Source of the DNA: Sphingobacterium sp.
GTDB taxonomy: Bacteria; Bacteroidota; Bacteroidia; Sphingobacteriales; Sphingobacteriaceae
NCBI GenBank assembly: GCA_036781025.1
Contig: DAIQBS010000005.1
Span: 30,835 to 94,834 of the forward strand
Length of the DNA: 64,000 nucleotides
Direction of reading: 5' to 3'
Part shown: positions 1 to 10,985 of the stretch, in pieces
How positions within the stretch are numbered: position 1 is the stretch's first letter
Layout of the letters: the number at the start of each line of letters is the position of its first letter
The notes under the pieces: generated by a model
What the model was told of the DNA's origin: nothing
Databases searched by the model: none
Seen by the model: only the letters and a program-made list of their open reading frames with translations
Position numbers and translations under genes: made by a program

Positions 1-2
1 AT

Positions 3-254
3 ATGATTGGAGTGAATGGATATAATGAAGAGATGGTTGGTTGGGGTTTGGAAGATAAAGAAGTCGTAGTTCGACTTTTAAATGCTGGTTTTGAAAAACG
101 ATTTTTAAAGTTTGGAGGAATTGCTTATCATTTGCACCATCCTTATAATTCCAGGAATAATTATAATATTAACGAAGTCATATTTCAAGAAGCTATTCAA
201 AAGAATTCGAAATATTGTAGTTTAGGTATTGCTCAGTACCTAATTAAAGAATAA
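3..254 (+). CDS. Glycosyltransferase family 2, C-terminal part (5' end outside window)
   Basis: VNGYNEEMVGWGLEDKE...YHLHH motif, paralogous to the next ORF (NGFDNRFVGWGREDSE...YHLYH). Confidence 0.85.
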   Translation: MIGVNGYNEEMVGWGLEDKEVVVRLLNAGFEKRFLKFGGIAYHLHHPYNSRNNYNINEVIFQEAIQKNSKYCSLGIAQYLIKE

Positions 255-278
255 TTTTGGGTAAATTTGACCCTTAGC

Positions 279-1088
279 ATGAATGTAGATTTATTGATTA
301 CCACCTATAATAGACCTGATGCATTGGAAATGGTGCTATTGGCGGTGAGAAATCAAACTATATTACCTTTTCAAGTGCTTATTGCCGATGATGGATCTTC
401 TCAAGAAACGGCTATACTTATTCAGCATTATCAAGAAGATTTTCCCTGTAAATTAATTCATGTTTGGCATGAAGATTTGGGTTTTCGTGCTGCTGCAATT
501 CGAAATAAGGCTTTAGCTCAAGTAAAATCACCTTATGTGGTCATCATTGATGGGGATATGGTATTGGAAAAGCATTTTATAGAAGATCATCTTAATAATG
601 CTAAACCGAATCAATTTTTGCAAGGTGGACGGGTTCTATTAACTCAGGAAAAAACCTTTACATTACTAAAAAAACCTGCTTATTTTAACCCTGGGTTTCT
701 TGAAAATGGTGTTGAACATCGATTGGAAAAGAAATTTACGGCTTTTCGTTCTCCCGTATTAGCCAATCTTTTCCGAAAGGATTTGACCAATAGAAATAAG
801 GTAAGGTCCTGCAATATGTCATTTTATATGCAGGATGTGATTGCTGTAAATGGATTTGATAATCGGTTTGTGGGTTGGGGTAGAGAAGATAGTGAATTTG
901 TGGAGCGATTATTTAATTATGGTCTGCAAGGTAAATTGATTAAGTTTGAAGCGTTGGCTTATCATTTGTATCATGCAGAGGAACCTAAAGCTTCTTTACC
1001 GCAAAATGATCAACTGTTAAAGTTAACAATCAGCAAGAAATTGACTCGATGTGCCGATGGTTTGTCGGCTTATTTATTAGAGAATTAG
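279..1088 (+). CDS. Glycosyltransferase family 2
   Basis: LITTYNRP, IADDGS, IDGD (DxD) and GWGRED motifs; ATG at 279 preferred over TTG at 267. Confidence 0.9.
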   Translation: MNVDLLITTYNRPDALEMVLLAVRNQTILPFQVLIADDGSSQETAILIQHYQEDFPCKLIHVWHEDLGFRAAAIRNKALAQVKSPYVVIIDGDMVLEKHFIEDHLNNAKPNQFLQGGRVLLTQEKTFTLLKKPAYFNPGFLENGVEHRLEKKFTAFRSPVLANLFRKDLTNRNKVRSCNMSFYMQDVIAVNGFDNRFVGWGREDSEFVERLFNYGLQGKLIKFEALAYHLYHAEEPKASLPQNDQLLKLTISKKLTRCADGLSAYLLEN

Positions 1089-1093
1089 CAGCT

Positions 1094-1765
1094 ATGGCAA
1101 TACCTAAGGTAATCTATCAAACATTTAAAACCAACGATATTCCTTGGTTAACCAAACTCTATATTTGGATTTTTAGAAGGAAAAACCCAGCATACGAATA
1201 TGTTTTTTTTGATGATCCTGCTGTAGATCACTTCATTCAAACTAATTTTAGTGAACGCGTTTATCATGCTTATAGCCAATTGCAAATTGGCGCCGCTAAG
1301 GCCGATTTTTTTCGGTATGCAATACTCTATAAAAATGGCGGGATTTACTTGGATTTAGATAGCGATATACTTGTAAATTTAGATAAATACATCTTTCCGT
1401 CTGATAGTGCGGTCATAGCACGAGAAAAAAATCATCAAAACCTTTTTGCTCAATGGGGCTTAATTTTTGAGAAAGAACATCCCTTTTTGGAAAAAACCAT
1501 TCAATACATGGTGGAAAATATAGAACAAAATGCTTTTCCTCATGATGTGCATGCAATGACTGGCCCTACGGTATATACCAGAGGAATTGAAGATGTGATG
1601 AAGGAACATCCGGAAGTAGGGTATAGGATAGTGGATTTCGATTACAAAGGGATGCTACAGTTTAAGTATAGACTTGGCAAACTGTTAATTTACCGAGATC
1701 GAAAAAATCATTGGAAAAAGTTGCAACAACGCATACCTGTTGTTCGTACAGATGTTAAAGATTAG
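1094..1765 (+). CDS. GT32/OCH1-like glycosyltransferase (DxD sugar-binding)
   Basis: IPKVIYQT start, AKADFFRY..LYKNGGIYLDLD and TGP motifs; ATG at 1094 follows the upstream stop at 1088. Confidence 0.88.
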   Translation: MAIPKVIYQTFKTNDIPWLTKLYIWIFRRKNPAYEYVFFDDPAVDHFIQTNFSERVYHAYSQLQIGAAKADFFRYAILYKNGGIYLDLDSDILVNLDKYIFPSDSAVIAREKNHQNLFAQWGLIFEKEHPFLEKTIQYMVENIEQNAFPHDVHAMTGPTVYTRGIEDVMKEHPEVGYRIVDFDYKGMLQFKYRLGKLLIYRDRKNHWKKLQQRIPVVRTDVKD

Positions 1766-2870
1766 TGTAACAATTTATTAATTGCTTAGCTATAACCTCA
1801 TCATTAAATTGTTGCGCATATACTAATCCTTGTTTTCGCATTTCTTCTTGCATAGTCGTATTTTGGAGTACTGTTTCGATCGCATAGCTTAAATTATCTA
1901 TATTTTCTGGATCAACATAATAAGAAAATGGCCCTCCGGCCTCTGGAAACACTCCTTTTTGATTGGTAATGACTGGCGTTCCTGAGTACAGGGCTTCGAT
2001 GATGGGGATACCAAAGCCTTCAAATTTGGAAGGATAGACAAAGATGCTTGCCATGCTATAGATCGTTGCTAATTCTTCCATTGTAAAGCCTTGTTTGATA
2101 AGGATTCTATGTGATAAGCCTTTTTCTGAAATATATTTTTTAATTTCTTCCGCATAGCTAGTGGATTTTCCAATTATAAGTAATGGGACATCCAAATGTT
2201 CAATAGCTTTGACTATTTGTAGTGCGTTTTTTCTTGGTTCAATTGAACCTACGTTTAAGATAAATTGTTCAGGTAGCTTATATTTTTCTCGGAGCTTTTG
2301 CTTTTCTTCTGCTGATTTTTTCACCTGAAATGCAGGATGGCACCCTTGATAAATGACTTCTATTTTATCTGGAGAAATGGAATAATACTCCATAATATCT
2401 TGCTTCGTCTGTTGACTTATAGCAATGATTTTATCAGCTGCTTGGACTGCGTGTAAGCTTTTTTTGTTGTAAATCCAACGATCTAGGGGCTTATATAATT
2501 CCGGATAACGCAGAAAAATAAGGTCATGAATAGTGACCACCGATTTAATAGAAGACTTGGCTAAGCCAACAGGAATTTCTCCTGAGAGCCCATGAAATAG
2601 ATCAATTTGATCTCGCAATAGGTCTTGTACAATCCAACGACTTCTCCAAAGACTCGGTAATTTTTTACCCCAAAATCCTTGTGGTAATTTGATGTTAGCT
2701 TCGGCATTAGCTGTTTGAGGAAGGAGAGCTGAGTTTAATTTCGGGCTATATTTTAGATAAGTGTTTTCGGGGTAATGAGTTTCCAGTATACGGATTAAAT
2801 CACGGCTATAATTTCCAAGACCTGTACGATTTAAGAAATAACGTTTAGCATCAAACCCGATTCTCATCAT
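1755..2870 (-). CDS. Glycosyltransferase family 4 (GT-B)
   Basis: TGLGNY, VTIHDL, VGSIEPRKN and FVYPSKFEGFGIPIIEA motifs. Confidence 0.92.
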   Translation of the reverse strand: MMRIGFDAKRYFLNRTGLGNYSRDLIRILETHYPENTYLKYSPKLNSALLPQTANAEANIKLPQGFWGKKLPSLWRSRWIVQDLLRDQIDLFHGLSGEIPVGLAKSSIKSVVTIHDLIFLRYPELYKPLDRWIYNKKSLHAVQAADKIIAISQQTKQDIMEYYSISPDKIEVIYQGCHPAFQVKKSAEEKQKLREKYKLPEQFILNVGSIEPRKNALQIVKAIEHLDVPLLIIGKSTSYAEEIKKYISEKGLSHRILIKQGFTMEELATIYSMASIFVYPSKFEGFGIPIIEALYSGTPVITNQKGVFPEAGGPFSYYVDPENIDNLSYAIETVLQNTTMQEEMRKQGLVYAQQFNDEVIAKQLINCYTNL

Positions 2871-2883
2871 ATAGAATAGTTAA

Positions 2884-4122
2884 TTATTTAATAATCTTTT
2901 TAAAAAGTGTTTCAAATTTATCTAAAATAATATTCCAATTATAGTTGGCTTGTATATATCCTTTAGCATTTTCCTCTATTCGATTCAACTCTTCTGGATG
3001 ATGAAGTAAGTTTAGAACTATCTTTTTAAAGGATTGATAATCCTGATAACATTGAACCGCTCCTTGACTTCTTCGTTCATGTTCTACCATTACTTCCGAA
3101 TGTCGATTACCTATTACTGGTTTTCCAAGGGTCATAGCTTCTAATGCAATTAAAGAAAGACTTTCTGCTAGGGAGGGGTTCACTACCGCGAAACAGTTTT
3201 CAATCAATGCTATTTTTTCGTTCTCTGATACAAAACCTGCATAGATGATATCCTCATGATGGGTAGGTTCTAACTCGTTTTGACCTGTTAGAACCAATTG
3301 TAATTCGTTGGCATGTTCTTTCTTAAATTGAATGAAATATTCCAAGAAATTATTAATCTTTACTTGCGTAATCCTTCCACAATACAATAAATAAGGTTTA
3401 TTTACTTTGAATTTTCCTTGAACATGTTCCCATTGAGGAGATTTAGCTATTTCTACACCTACACCAATCACTTCATGTTCAGCCATCTGTTTACTGAAGA
3501 TATCCAGACACATATTTTGTTCTGCCTCCGTGTTGAAAGCTATGTACCTAACGCTATTAAATAGAACGGATGTGCTGCTTTTGAACAACATACTTTCCAG
3601 ATGTGCTGTAGGGATGAGGATCGTTTTTTGAGGAGCTATTAAGGATCCTAATTGAGTTAATGGATTCTCGTAGGTGAAAAACATCAACAGATCATAGGAT
3701 TGATGATTGTTTTTTAAGAATTGCAAAAGATCATCGGAGTAAAATTCATGCTGTTTGAAGAGTTCAATTTCTTCTTTCAATTTATATTTCCACACAGGGA
3801 ATTTTGAAAAAACAGATTTTGCTAACCCTATCCTATAGATTGTTCTCCTTATTTTACGTGCTATTTTACTTTTTTTATCAAATTGCTTACGCAAAGAAAG
3901 GTTAGGATTATTCGTGTTAAATCTGTGAATTTTTACCTGATTTAATTCACTTTCTCCTGTGGGGAAAGCGTCTTGCGGCTGGTTTAATAGTTTTACAGTC
4001 GTGGTCAGGACATCAACATCATGATTTTTCGCAAATCGTTCTGCCAGCATCCTACAATGGTATTCGGCACCGCCATTGATTTCTATTCCATACCTGATTG
4101 TTATTAAACCTAGTTTAGCCAT
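2884..4122 (-). CDS. Glycosyltransferase family 4 (GT-B)
   Basis: GGAE N-terminal motif, YCGRI, NPSLAESLSLIALEAM. Confidence 0.88.
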   Translation of the reverse strand: MAKLGLITIRYGIEINGGAEYHCRMLAERFAKNHDVDVLTTTVKLLNQPQDAFPTGESELNQVKIHRFNTNNPNLSLRKQFDKKSKIARKIRRTIYRIGLAKSVFSKFPVWKYKLKEEIELFKQHEFYSDDLLQFLKNNHQSYDLLMFFTYENPLTQLGSLIAPQKTILIPTAHLESMLFKSSTSVLFNSVRYIAFNTEAEQNMCLDIFSKQMAEHEVIGVGVEIAKSPQWEHVQGKFKVNKPYLLYCGRITQVKINNFLEYFIQFKKEHANELQLVLTGQNELEPTHHEDIIYAGFVSENEKIALIENCFAVVNPSLAESLSLIALEAMTLGKPVIGNRHSEVMVEHERRSQGAVQCYQDYQSFKKIVLNLLHHPEELNRIEENAKGYIQANYNWNIILDKFETLFKKIIK

Positions 4123-4156
4123 GGTAATGTGTAAATTCTACTTTATAAAGAATAAG

Positions 4157-5182
4157 CTAATCGTGTTCTGCAATAAACTCTTTTAATCTATTGATCACCA
4201 TTTCTGCGCTGATGAGGTCTATAGCTTCCACTTCATCACAAGGGCAGGGGATATTTCCATAAACGGAATTAGGACGATTGGGATGATCCACTTGTATACA
4301 ATCTTCTAAGTGTTGACCATAGCCTAAAAACCCTGCATAAGGGTGAGTTGCTCCCCATAAGGAAATGCATCGAGTCCCAACTAAGGAAGCCATATGCATA
4401 CCTGCACTATCCATGCTGATCATCAAATCCAAATGGGCAATAATATCCAATTCTTCTTTTAGACTGTATTTACCTACCAATGTGCTTACATTTGCGTAAG
4501 GCTTGGCCCATTTCTCGGTCATTTGTTTTTCTTTTTCGCCACCTCCAAATAATAAAACTTCCACCTCTTGTGTTGCAAGAAATTCGATTACTTGTTCCAT
4601 TTTGTGAAGGGGAAAGATTTTATAGGGATGCTGGGCAAACGCTGAGATGCCTATTTTTAGTTTTTTATTGGCAAGAATTTGTTGCATTCCTTGGGGAATA
4701 AGTCGAAATTCTTGCTGCAATTGATGATCTAGTGTTACTGCATATCCTAATGATCGGAAGACATCTGCATATCGCTCTGTAGTTGCTTTTAAAGGTTTAA
4801 GGATTTTATTTTCCTTTCTTGTTAACGCTTTTTTTTCTGCTCTACCTTTATCGAGTATTTGTGTTTTTATTCCAGCGGTTTTAAACAGGAAATCTAGAAA
4901 TCTAGATCTTAAGTTATTATGCAGGTCTGCTACAGCATCAGGTTGGTATTTTTGGAGTTCTTTGTACAATCGAACTAATCCAAACACTCCTTGATGTCTA
5001 CCTTTAGGTTCTATTGCATGAAATCGAACCCTCGGAATTTTTTCAAAGAAAGGTTGAAAGAATGATCTGGAGACTAGGATAATTTCCAAATCTTCCTGTT
5101 GATTTTGTAAGGCTTTCAATACAGATGCAACCATTGCTACATCACCCATTGCTGAAAAACGCGTTACAATAATGCGGTTCAT
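4157..5182 (-). CDS. Glycosyltransferase family 9 (heptosyltransferase-like)
   Basis: RFSAMGDV, DLH, DSAGMHMA and WGAT motifs. Confidence 0.92.
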   Translation of the reverse strand: MNRIIVTRFSAMGDVAMVASVLKALQNQQEDLEIILVSRSFFQPFFEKIPRVRFHAIEPKGRHQGVFGLVRLYKELQKYQPDAVADLHNNLRSRFLDFLFKTAGIKTQILDKGRAEKKALTRKENKILKPLKATTERYADVFRSLGYAVTLDHQLQQEFRLIPQGMQQILANKKLKIGISAFAQHPYKIFPLHKMEQVIEFLATQEVEVLLFGGGEKEKQMTEKWAKPYANVSTLVGKYSLKEELDIIAHLDLMISMDSAGMHMASLVGTRCISLWGATHPYAGFLGYGQHLEDCIQVDHPNRPNSVYGNIPCPCDEVEAIDLISAEMVINRLKEFIAEHD

Positions 5183-5187
5183 GGATT

Positions 5188-5793
5188 TTATTTTTTGGAT
5201 CCGTAAAGTACAGGATTTAGATTAGGGTCATTGTACATTTTCATCTGTTTATAAACTTTCATGTATTTATGACCAGATTGGATATCTCCTAATAATTCGT
5301 CTATGCTTTTCGACAAGTCTTTACGCTGCTCTAGTAATATCTGAAGTTTTTCTTGGCAAGCCGTACGATGTTCAACTGAAACATCCTCACGTAAAGTTTC
5401 TTGTTCCATGTGGTAGATCTTAAGAGCTAAGATGGAAAGCCTATCAATAGCCCAAGCTGGACTTTCTGTATTTACAGTAGCCTGTTCTGAAACTTGAACA
5501 TCCTGAAATAGCTGTAAGTAATAACTATCGATATATTCTACGGTATCGGTACGTACTTGATTCTGCTTGTCAATTCTTCTTTTCCAGTATAAACCATCCT
5601 TAGGGTCTATTTCCGGGTTTCGTACTACGTCTTCCATGTGCCATTGAGCAGTATCTATCCAGCATTTAAGATACAATAGATGCTCCAAGCTTGCTTGATC
5701 ATAAGGATTATTGATAGCATGATCAATTTCATCGAAAATATGGTAATCTGAGATTACTTGCTGAAAAATATGGTTTGCAGTAGTACTAATCAT
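5188..5793 (-). CDS. DUF4254 family protein
   Basis: WIDTAQWHMEDVVR, TESPAWAIDRLSILALKIYHM and YKQMKMYND; TATATTTG promoter just upstream. Confidence 0.85.
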   Translation of the reverse strand: MISTTANHIFQQVISDYHIFDEIDHAINNPYDQASLEHLLYLKCWIDTAQWHMEDVVRNPEIDPKDGLYWKRRIDKQNQVRTDTVEYIDSYYLQLFQDVQVSEQATVNTESPAWAIDRLSILALKIYHMEQETLREDVSVEHRTACQEKLQILLEQRKDLSKSIDELLGDIQSGHKYMKVYKQMKMYNDPNLNPVLYGSKK

Positions 5794-5873
5794 GTACAAA
5801 TATAATTATTAAAGGTAGCTTCCTATCAGTATTTATTAAATAGTAGTTTAAATGGAAGACAATTTTAATTTGT

Positions 5874-7367
5874 TTAGCGAATTATTTCAAGAAGTAAGGA
5901 TGGGAATATTCCGATAATTAAAATGGATAGAGTCAACAGAATGACAATAACATAACTAACGGAAAAAGGTAATGGAGGAATTACCGCATGATCCTTCGAA
6001 TTCCTTAAGAATGCATATAATGGAATCTTAAAGTAGTAGAATAAAGATATCACCGATGTTAATGCCCCGACTATCAGCAACCAAAGAAAAATAGTATCCT
6101 GACTGTTTTGGAACAAATCAAAAATACTACTGAATACGAGTAGCTTAGCAACAAAACCTGCTGTAGGAGGAAGGCCAATCAAGGCAATGCCGACAAATGA
6201 AAAGCAAGTAAATAGGATAGGGAATTTTTTTCCTAAGCCTGCGTAATCCTTTAGTTCTGTACTTTTTATCTGTTGTTCGATAAGCCCAATAAAACCAAAA
6301 CTTGCCAAATTCATCAAGGTATAAACCACCAAATAAAATAAAAGCATTTGTTGTTGTCCGCTAGAGAACGAAATAATAGCCATCATCAAAAAACCAGTAT
6401 GCCCTATGGAAGAGTAGGCCATCATTCGTTTTACTTCAGTTTGTCTCAAGGCAATTAAATTCCCTACCAACATGGTAACAATAGCGACAAAGCTTATAAA
6501 CAAAAAGCTGAGGTCACTAAAATAAAATTGCGTGGATATCCAGGCTTCTGCTAATCTAGCAAAAAGAGCTACGGCTGCTATTTTAGGGATAGTCGATAAA
6601 AATGCGGTAATGGGTGTTGGAGCACCCTGATAGACATCGGGAGTCCATAGATGGAATGGAACAAAGCTTAATTTAAATCCTATTCCTGTAAATACGAAGA
6701 GTAGAGCAATACTGCACATCACCTCAGGAGCGTCTATCAATCCTTGGATGTGACGCTGACTGCTAAAGTCTAAATTCCCTGTAAAGCCATAGATTAACGA
6801 TAAACCATAAAGCATCACTGCCGAGCAAGCAGAACCGAATAACGCATATTTCATAGCGGCTTCGGTTTGATTTTTATTGGCGGCAAAATATCCTACCATG
6901 ATATAAGAACAGATGGATACCATTTCCAGTGCTATGAACGCTAATAACCAATTGCTTGTTAAGCATAAGGTGTTCATGCCAATACAAGCTGCAATTAGCA
7001 TGGCATATAAATCGCCTACACGTTTTTTATGAGGTTTGTTTTGAGTATACTGTTGAAGGTAAATGCTGGTAATTATAATTCCTATTAAGAGTAATGCCCT
7101 GGAGTAAAAGCTTAATGCATCCAATGTCAGCATCCCAAAGAATCCGATGGTATAATAGTGATATTGAGTTCCTAAGACCAGTAATGCGGCAACAAAGCTG
7201 AGTATACTCACGATGAATGAACTATTTTTCCAACGCTTATCCAAAAATAGGGAGGCAGCAATGCAGGCAATAAATCCAAAAGCAAGAACCAATTCAACAA
7301 TAAATAAATGGACAGAACCAATTATTTGATTGAGGTGATCGGTAATATAGTATACAAAATCATTCAT
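5874..7367 (-). CDS. nuoN: NADH-quinone oxidoreductase subunit N
   Basis: EAAMKY, GFKLSFVPFHLWTPDVYQGAP and KRMMAYSSIGH; last gene of the nuo block. Confidence 0.95.
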   Translation of the reverse strand: MNDFVYYITDHLNQIIGSVHLFIVELVLAFGFIACIAASLFLDKRWKNSSFIVSILSFVAALLVLGTQYHYYTIGFFGMLTLDALSFYSRALLLIGIIITSIYLQQYTQNKPHKKRVGDLYAMLIAACIGMNTLCLTSNWLLAFIALEMVSICSYIMVGYFAANKNQTEAAMKYALFGSACSAVMLYGLSLIYGFTGNLDFSSQRHIQGLIDAPEVMCSIALLFVFTGIGFKLSFVPFHLWTPDVYQGAPTPITAFLSTIPKIAAVALFARLAEAWISTQFYFSDLSFLFISFVAIVTMLVGNLIALRQTEVKRMMAYSSIGHTGFLMMAIISFSSGQQQMLLFYLVVYTLMNLASFGFIGLIEQQIKSTELKDYAGLGKKFPILFTCFSFVGIALIGLPPTAGFVAKLLVFSSIFDLFQNSQDTIFLWLLIVGALTSVISLFYYFKIPLYAFLRNSKDHAVIPPLPFSVSYVIVILLTLSILIIGIFPSLLLEIIR

Positions 7368-7375
7368 AATTATCC

Positions 7376-8980
7376 TTAAAAATAAGGGTTCAATAAGTTA
7401 AGTAAACTTAATACCGATGGATTTAACGTGTCAAATACCAAGGAGGGAACAACTCCAAGTACTAATGCTAAAGCTAAGGTAGGAAACAGAATCAGTTGCT
7501 CACGAAATGTTAAATCTCGTAGCGCCGATACCCAATCTTCACCACCTTTAAGTCTGGTTTGTCCAAAAAACATACGTTGTAATGTCCACAGAAAATAGGC
7601 TGCACTCAACAGTATCCCGATAGAGCCACAAATGGCCATCCAACGAGGAATACCCGTACCAATACTTTCAGCATTGAAGGATCCAATGATCACAAAGGCT
7701 TCCCCAATAAAAGCTGAAAATCCAGGTAATCCCAAAGAGGCAAAGAATGCAATAGCAACATAGGCCGTAAACTTAGGCATTATGCCAGCCAAGCCTCTAA
7801 AATGATAAATATATCGGTCGTGTACCCGATCGTATATGACACCAACTAAAAAGAATAGGGCTGCGGATAAGAAACCATGACTCAACATTTGGAATACAGC
7901 GCCAGATATACCTTCGGCCGTAGAAGAAGATATTCCTAGTAGTACGAACCCCATATGAGATACCGATGAATAAGCGATCAGACGTTTTAAATCGGTCTGA
8001 GCTAAGGCATTTAATGCACCGTAAAGAATAGAAATGATACCTATCAATCCTAACCACCAATTGGTTTCTGCAAATACATCGGGAAAAATACTAATACATA
8101 CACGGATGATCCCATAACCACCAATCTTTAATAATATACCCGCCAGAATAATGGATACCGGAGTCGGGGCTTCCACGTGCGCATCAGGCAACCAGGTATG
8201 CAGTGGAACAATAGGAATTTTAATCGCAAAGGCAACAAATAATACAATGAAACCGATCAATCGGGCAGAGATGCCGAATATTTCATTTGGGTTGTTAATA
8301 AATTCAAAGATGGTTCCCGGGATATAATTTGCAGGATTCATCATGTGCAACATGTTGAAGGTATGTGCTCCAGTTTCAGGGTTTTGAACGGAGAAATATA
8401 ATCCCACAATCACTAACAACATGAATACAGAACCAAATAACGTGTATATGAAGAATTTGATGGCAGCATATTCTCGTCTTGCTCCTCCCCAGATACCGAT
8501 CAGGAAGTACAAGGGTAAAAGCATCACCTCATAAAATACATAAAACAAAAAGAAATCTAAAGCACAGAATATCCCCATGACTGCGGTATTAAGAACCATC
8601 AGTAAGGAGAAATAACCTTTTCTACCTTTTTCTATATTCCAAGACGCGCCAACAGCCATCAACATCACCAAAGCACTCAACAATAATAGCGGTAATGAAA
8701 ACCCATCAACCCCTAAGAAGTAATCGATTTCCAAATTGCCTAAGCTGCCTAAGTTCATCCGAATCCAAGGCATTTGTTCCACATATTGGTAATTGGAGAT
8801 ATCAGACATCAGTCCTGAGGAAGCTTGGCCATTGAAATACAAATATCCGGCAAGTGCAGTTTGGATTAGGCAAATTCCTAATGCGATATATTTAAAGCTT
8901 TGTTCATATAGCTTTGGTAGCAGCAGTATGATGACAGTCGCTATTAATGGTAAAAATATAAGTAAGGATAATAGTCCCAT
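7376..8980 (-). CDS. nuoM: NADH-quinone oxidoreductase subunit M
   Basis: FYVFYE, KIPIVPLHTWLPDAHVEAPT and KRLIAYSSVSHMG. Confidence 0.96.
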   Translation of the reverse strand: MGLLSLLIFLPLIATVIILLLPKLYEQSFKYIALGICLIQTALAGYLYFNGQASSGLMSDISNYQYVEQMPWIRMNLGSLGNLEIDYFLGVDGFSLPLLLLSALVMLMAVGASWNIEKGRKGYFSLLMVLNTAVMGIFCALDFFLFYVFYEVMLLPLYFLIGIWGGARREYAAIKFFIYTLFGSVFMLLVIVGLYFSVQNPETGAHTFNMLHMMNPANYIPGTIFEFINNPNEIFGISARLIGFIVLFVAFAIKIPIVPLHTWLPDAHVEAPTPVSIILAGILLKIGGYGIIRVCISIFPDVFAETNWWLGLIGIISILYGALNALAQTDLKRLIAYSSVSHMGFVLLGISSSTAEGISGAVFQMLSHGFLSAALFFLVGVIYDRVHDRYIYHFRGLAGIMPKFTAYVAIAFFASLGLPGFSAFIGEAFVIIGSFNAESIGTGIPRWMAICGSIGILLSAAYFLWTLQRMFFGQTRLKGGEDWVSALRDLTFREQLILFPTLALALVLGVVPSLVFDTLNPSVLSLLNLLNPYF

Positions 8981-8981
8981 C

Positions 8982-10985
8982 TTAAGTTAATATCAAATAA
9001 ATAATTCCAATTAATAAAATAGTAAAGGCAAATCCCAAATAGTTTTGCAGTCTACCGTTTTGAATCCATCGTAATAGGTGGCCCACATAATACGTGCTGT
9101 TTGCTATCAAGTTCACAAACCCGTCTACTATATATCGATCTACCCAATCACTTAGCTTTGCTAAGCTTCTGATGGCAGTCCCCAAAAAATTCACAAAACC
9201 GTCTACAATATGGATGTCTATCCAATAAAGTCCTCTACTAAACCCTAAAGTACTGTTCACAAATAATCGCTGATAGGTTTCGTTGAAATATCCTTGGTTG
9301 AGCGATAACTTCATCAGAAGGTTATTTTCTTGCAGTGGATATTGTTGTTTTACATACCATTTCCAACCGATCAGCCAGCCGATTACACTCGTTAACGTTA
9401 ATCCAATAGGCAATAGGGTATGAAGTATAGAAATTTCTTGCGCCGCATGTGCTGCTGGAAATCCCAATAGGATGAATGCTTGCGGATAAGATAGCGGATT
9501 AAAGCTAAACAAGATAAATAGGGAACAAATCGCCAAGAAAATCATAGGAAATAACATTACCCGATTGGCTTCATGCAAATGAGGATTTGCTACCTCCAAT
9601 TTAAATTCTCCAAAAAACACTTTAAATAATAGTCTTCCTATATAAAAAGCCGTTAATATGCTAACTAAAACAAGGATGATTGGTATCATAAGATATCCAG
9701 TTCCTTTATCGAAAGCCCATTCAAAAGAATAGATTAATATAGCGTCTTTGGAAAGAAAACCAGAAGTAAGGGGAAAACCTGCCAGGGCTAAGGATGCAAT
9801 GGACATGCAAAGAAAAGTCTTCGGCATCCATTTTCTCAAGCCACCCATTTGATTAATATCTTGTGGGGCAATATCCAAACCTTGAGCAGACTTTAAATGT
9901 GCCATTTCATGAATGACTGCCCCTGCCCCTAAGAACAACAAACATTTGAAGAATGCATGGGTAACCAAGTGAAACATGGCGGCATCCCAAGCACCCACAC
10001 CTATAGCAACCATCATAAATCCTAGTTGAGATATGGTTGAAAAGGCCAATATTTTTTTAATATCCTTTTGGGTTAATGCAAAATAGGCGGAGATAAATGC
10101 GGTAATACAACCGATTATCGCGATGATTATTAAAACAGTCTCATTAAACAATGGGAAAACCGTGCTTAATAAAAATACACCGGCAGCAACCATCGTAGCG
10201 GCATGAATTAATGAAGAAACAGCAGTAGGGCCTTCCATCGCATCAGGTAACCATACATGCAATGGAAACTGTGCAGATTTAGCCATAGCACCAATGAAAA
10301 AGCAAATACCAGCAAAGGTCATTAATCCTTCTTGGTTAGGTATTTGGCTAACTATTAATCCACCTTCAGAAAACAATGTTCCAAGATGTAAGGTTCCGAA
10401 TAGGCTGTAAATACTTGCTATTCCTAACAGGAAGCCGAGATCACCAATTCGATTTATGATAAATGCCTTCTTATTTGCTTGTACCGCAGAATCTTTCGTA
10501 AACCAAAAACCGATTAGTAAATAGGATGCAAAACCTACCAATTCCCAAAAGATATACATCATCAAGAGGTTGTTGGAAATGGTTAATCCGAGCATGGCAA
10601 AGCAAAACAGGCTTAAATACATCCAATAGCGATGAATTCCCGGGTCACCTTTCATATAGGCTCTGGAATAGATATGAACAGGTAAGGCAATGACGCAAAC
10701 AATCAACTGCATCAATACGGTCAAATTATTAAGGATGATGCCGATTTGAAAGCTTTGTGTGCCAATCGTAAACCAAGTCATGTCTTGCTGTACAGATTTT
10801 TCTTGCCATACAGCAGGAAATACGAAACAAACACTCAGTAAGGTGCTCAGTAAAATAGCAATTAATGATATATTTCCAGAAACAGAACGATTACCTAACA
10901 GCGCTTGAATAATAAACGCCAAGAAAGGTAGCAAGACAATACTGATGCTCAACCAACTGATCGTTATGTTTCCAAAATCTCCCAT
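8982..10985 (-). CDS. nuoL: NADH-quinone oxidoreductase subunit L
   Basis: KSAQFPLHVWLPDAMEGPTAVSSLIHAATMV and HAFFKCLLFLGAG. Confidence 0.96.
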   Translation of the reverse strand: MGDFGNITISWLSISIVLLPFLAFIIQALLGNRSVSGNISLIAILLSTLLSVCFVFPAVWQEKSVQQDMTWFTIGTQSFQIGIILNNLTVLMQLIVCVIALPVHIYSRAYMKGDPGIHRYWMYLSLFCFAMLGLTISNNLLMMYIFWELVGFASYLLIGFWFTKDSAVQANKKAFIINRIGDLGFLLGIASIYSLFGTLHLGTLFSEGGLIVSQIPNQEGLMTFAGICFFIGAMAKSAQFPLHVWLPDAMEGPTAVSSLIHAATMVAAGVFLLSTVFPLFNETVLIIIAIIGCITAFISAYFALTQKDIKKILAFSTISQLGFMMVAIGVGAWDAAMFHLVTHAFFKCLLFLGAGAVIHEMAHLKSAQGLDIAPQDINQMGGLRKWMPKTFLCMSIASLALAGFPLTSGFLSKDAILIYSFEWAFDKGTGYLMIPIILVLVSILTAFYIGRLLFKVFFGEFKLEVANPHLHEANRVMLFPMIFLAICSLFILFSFNPLSYPQAFILLGFPAAHAAQEISILHTLLPIGLTLTSVIGWLIGWKWYVKQQYPLQENNLLMKLSLNQGYFNETYQRLFVNSTLGFSRGLYWIDIHIVDGFVNFLGTAIRSLAKLSDWVDRYIVDGFVNLIANSTYYVGHLLRWIQNGRLQNYLGFAFTILLIGIIYLILT

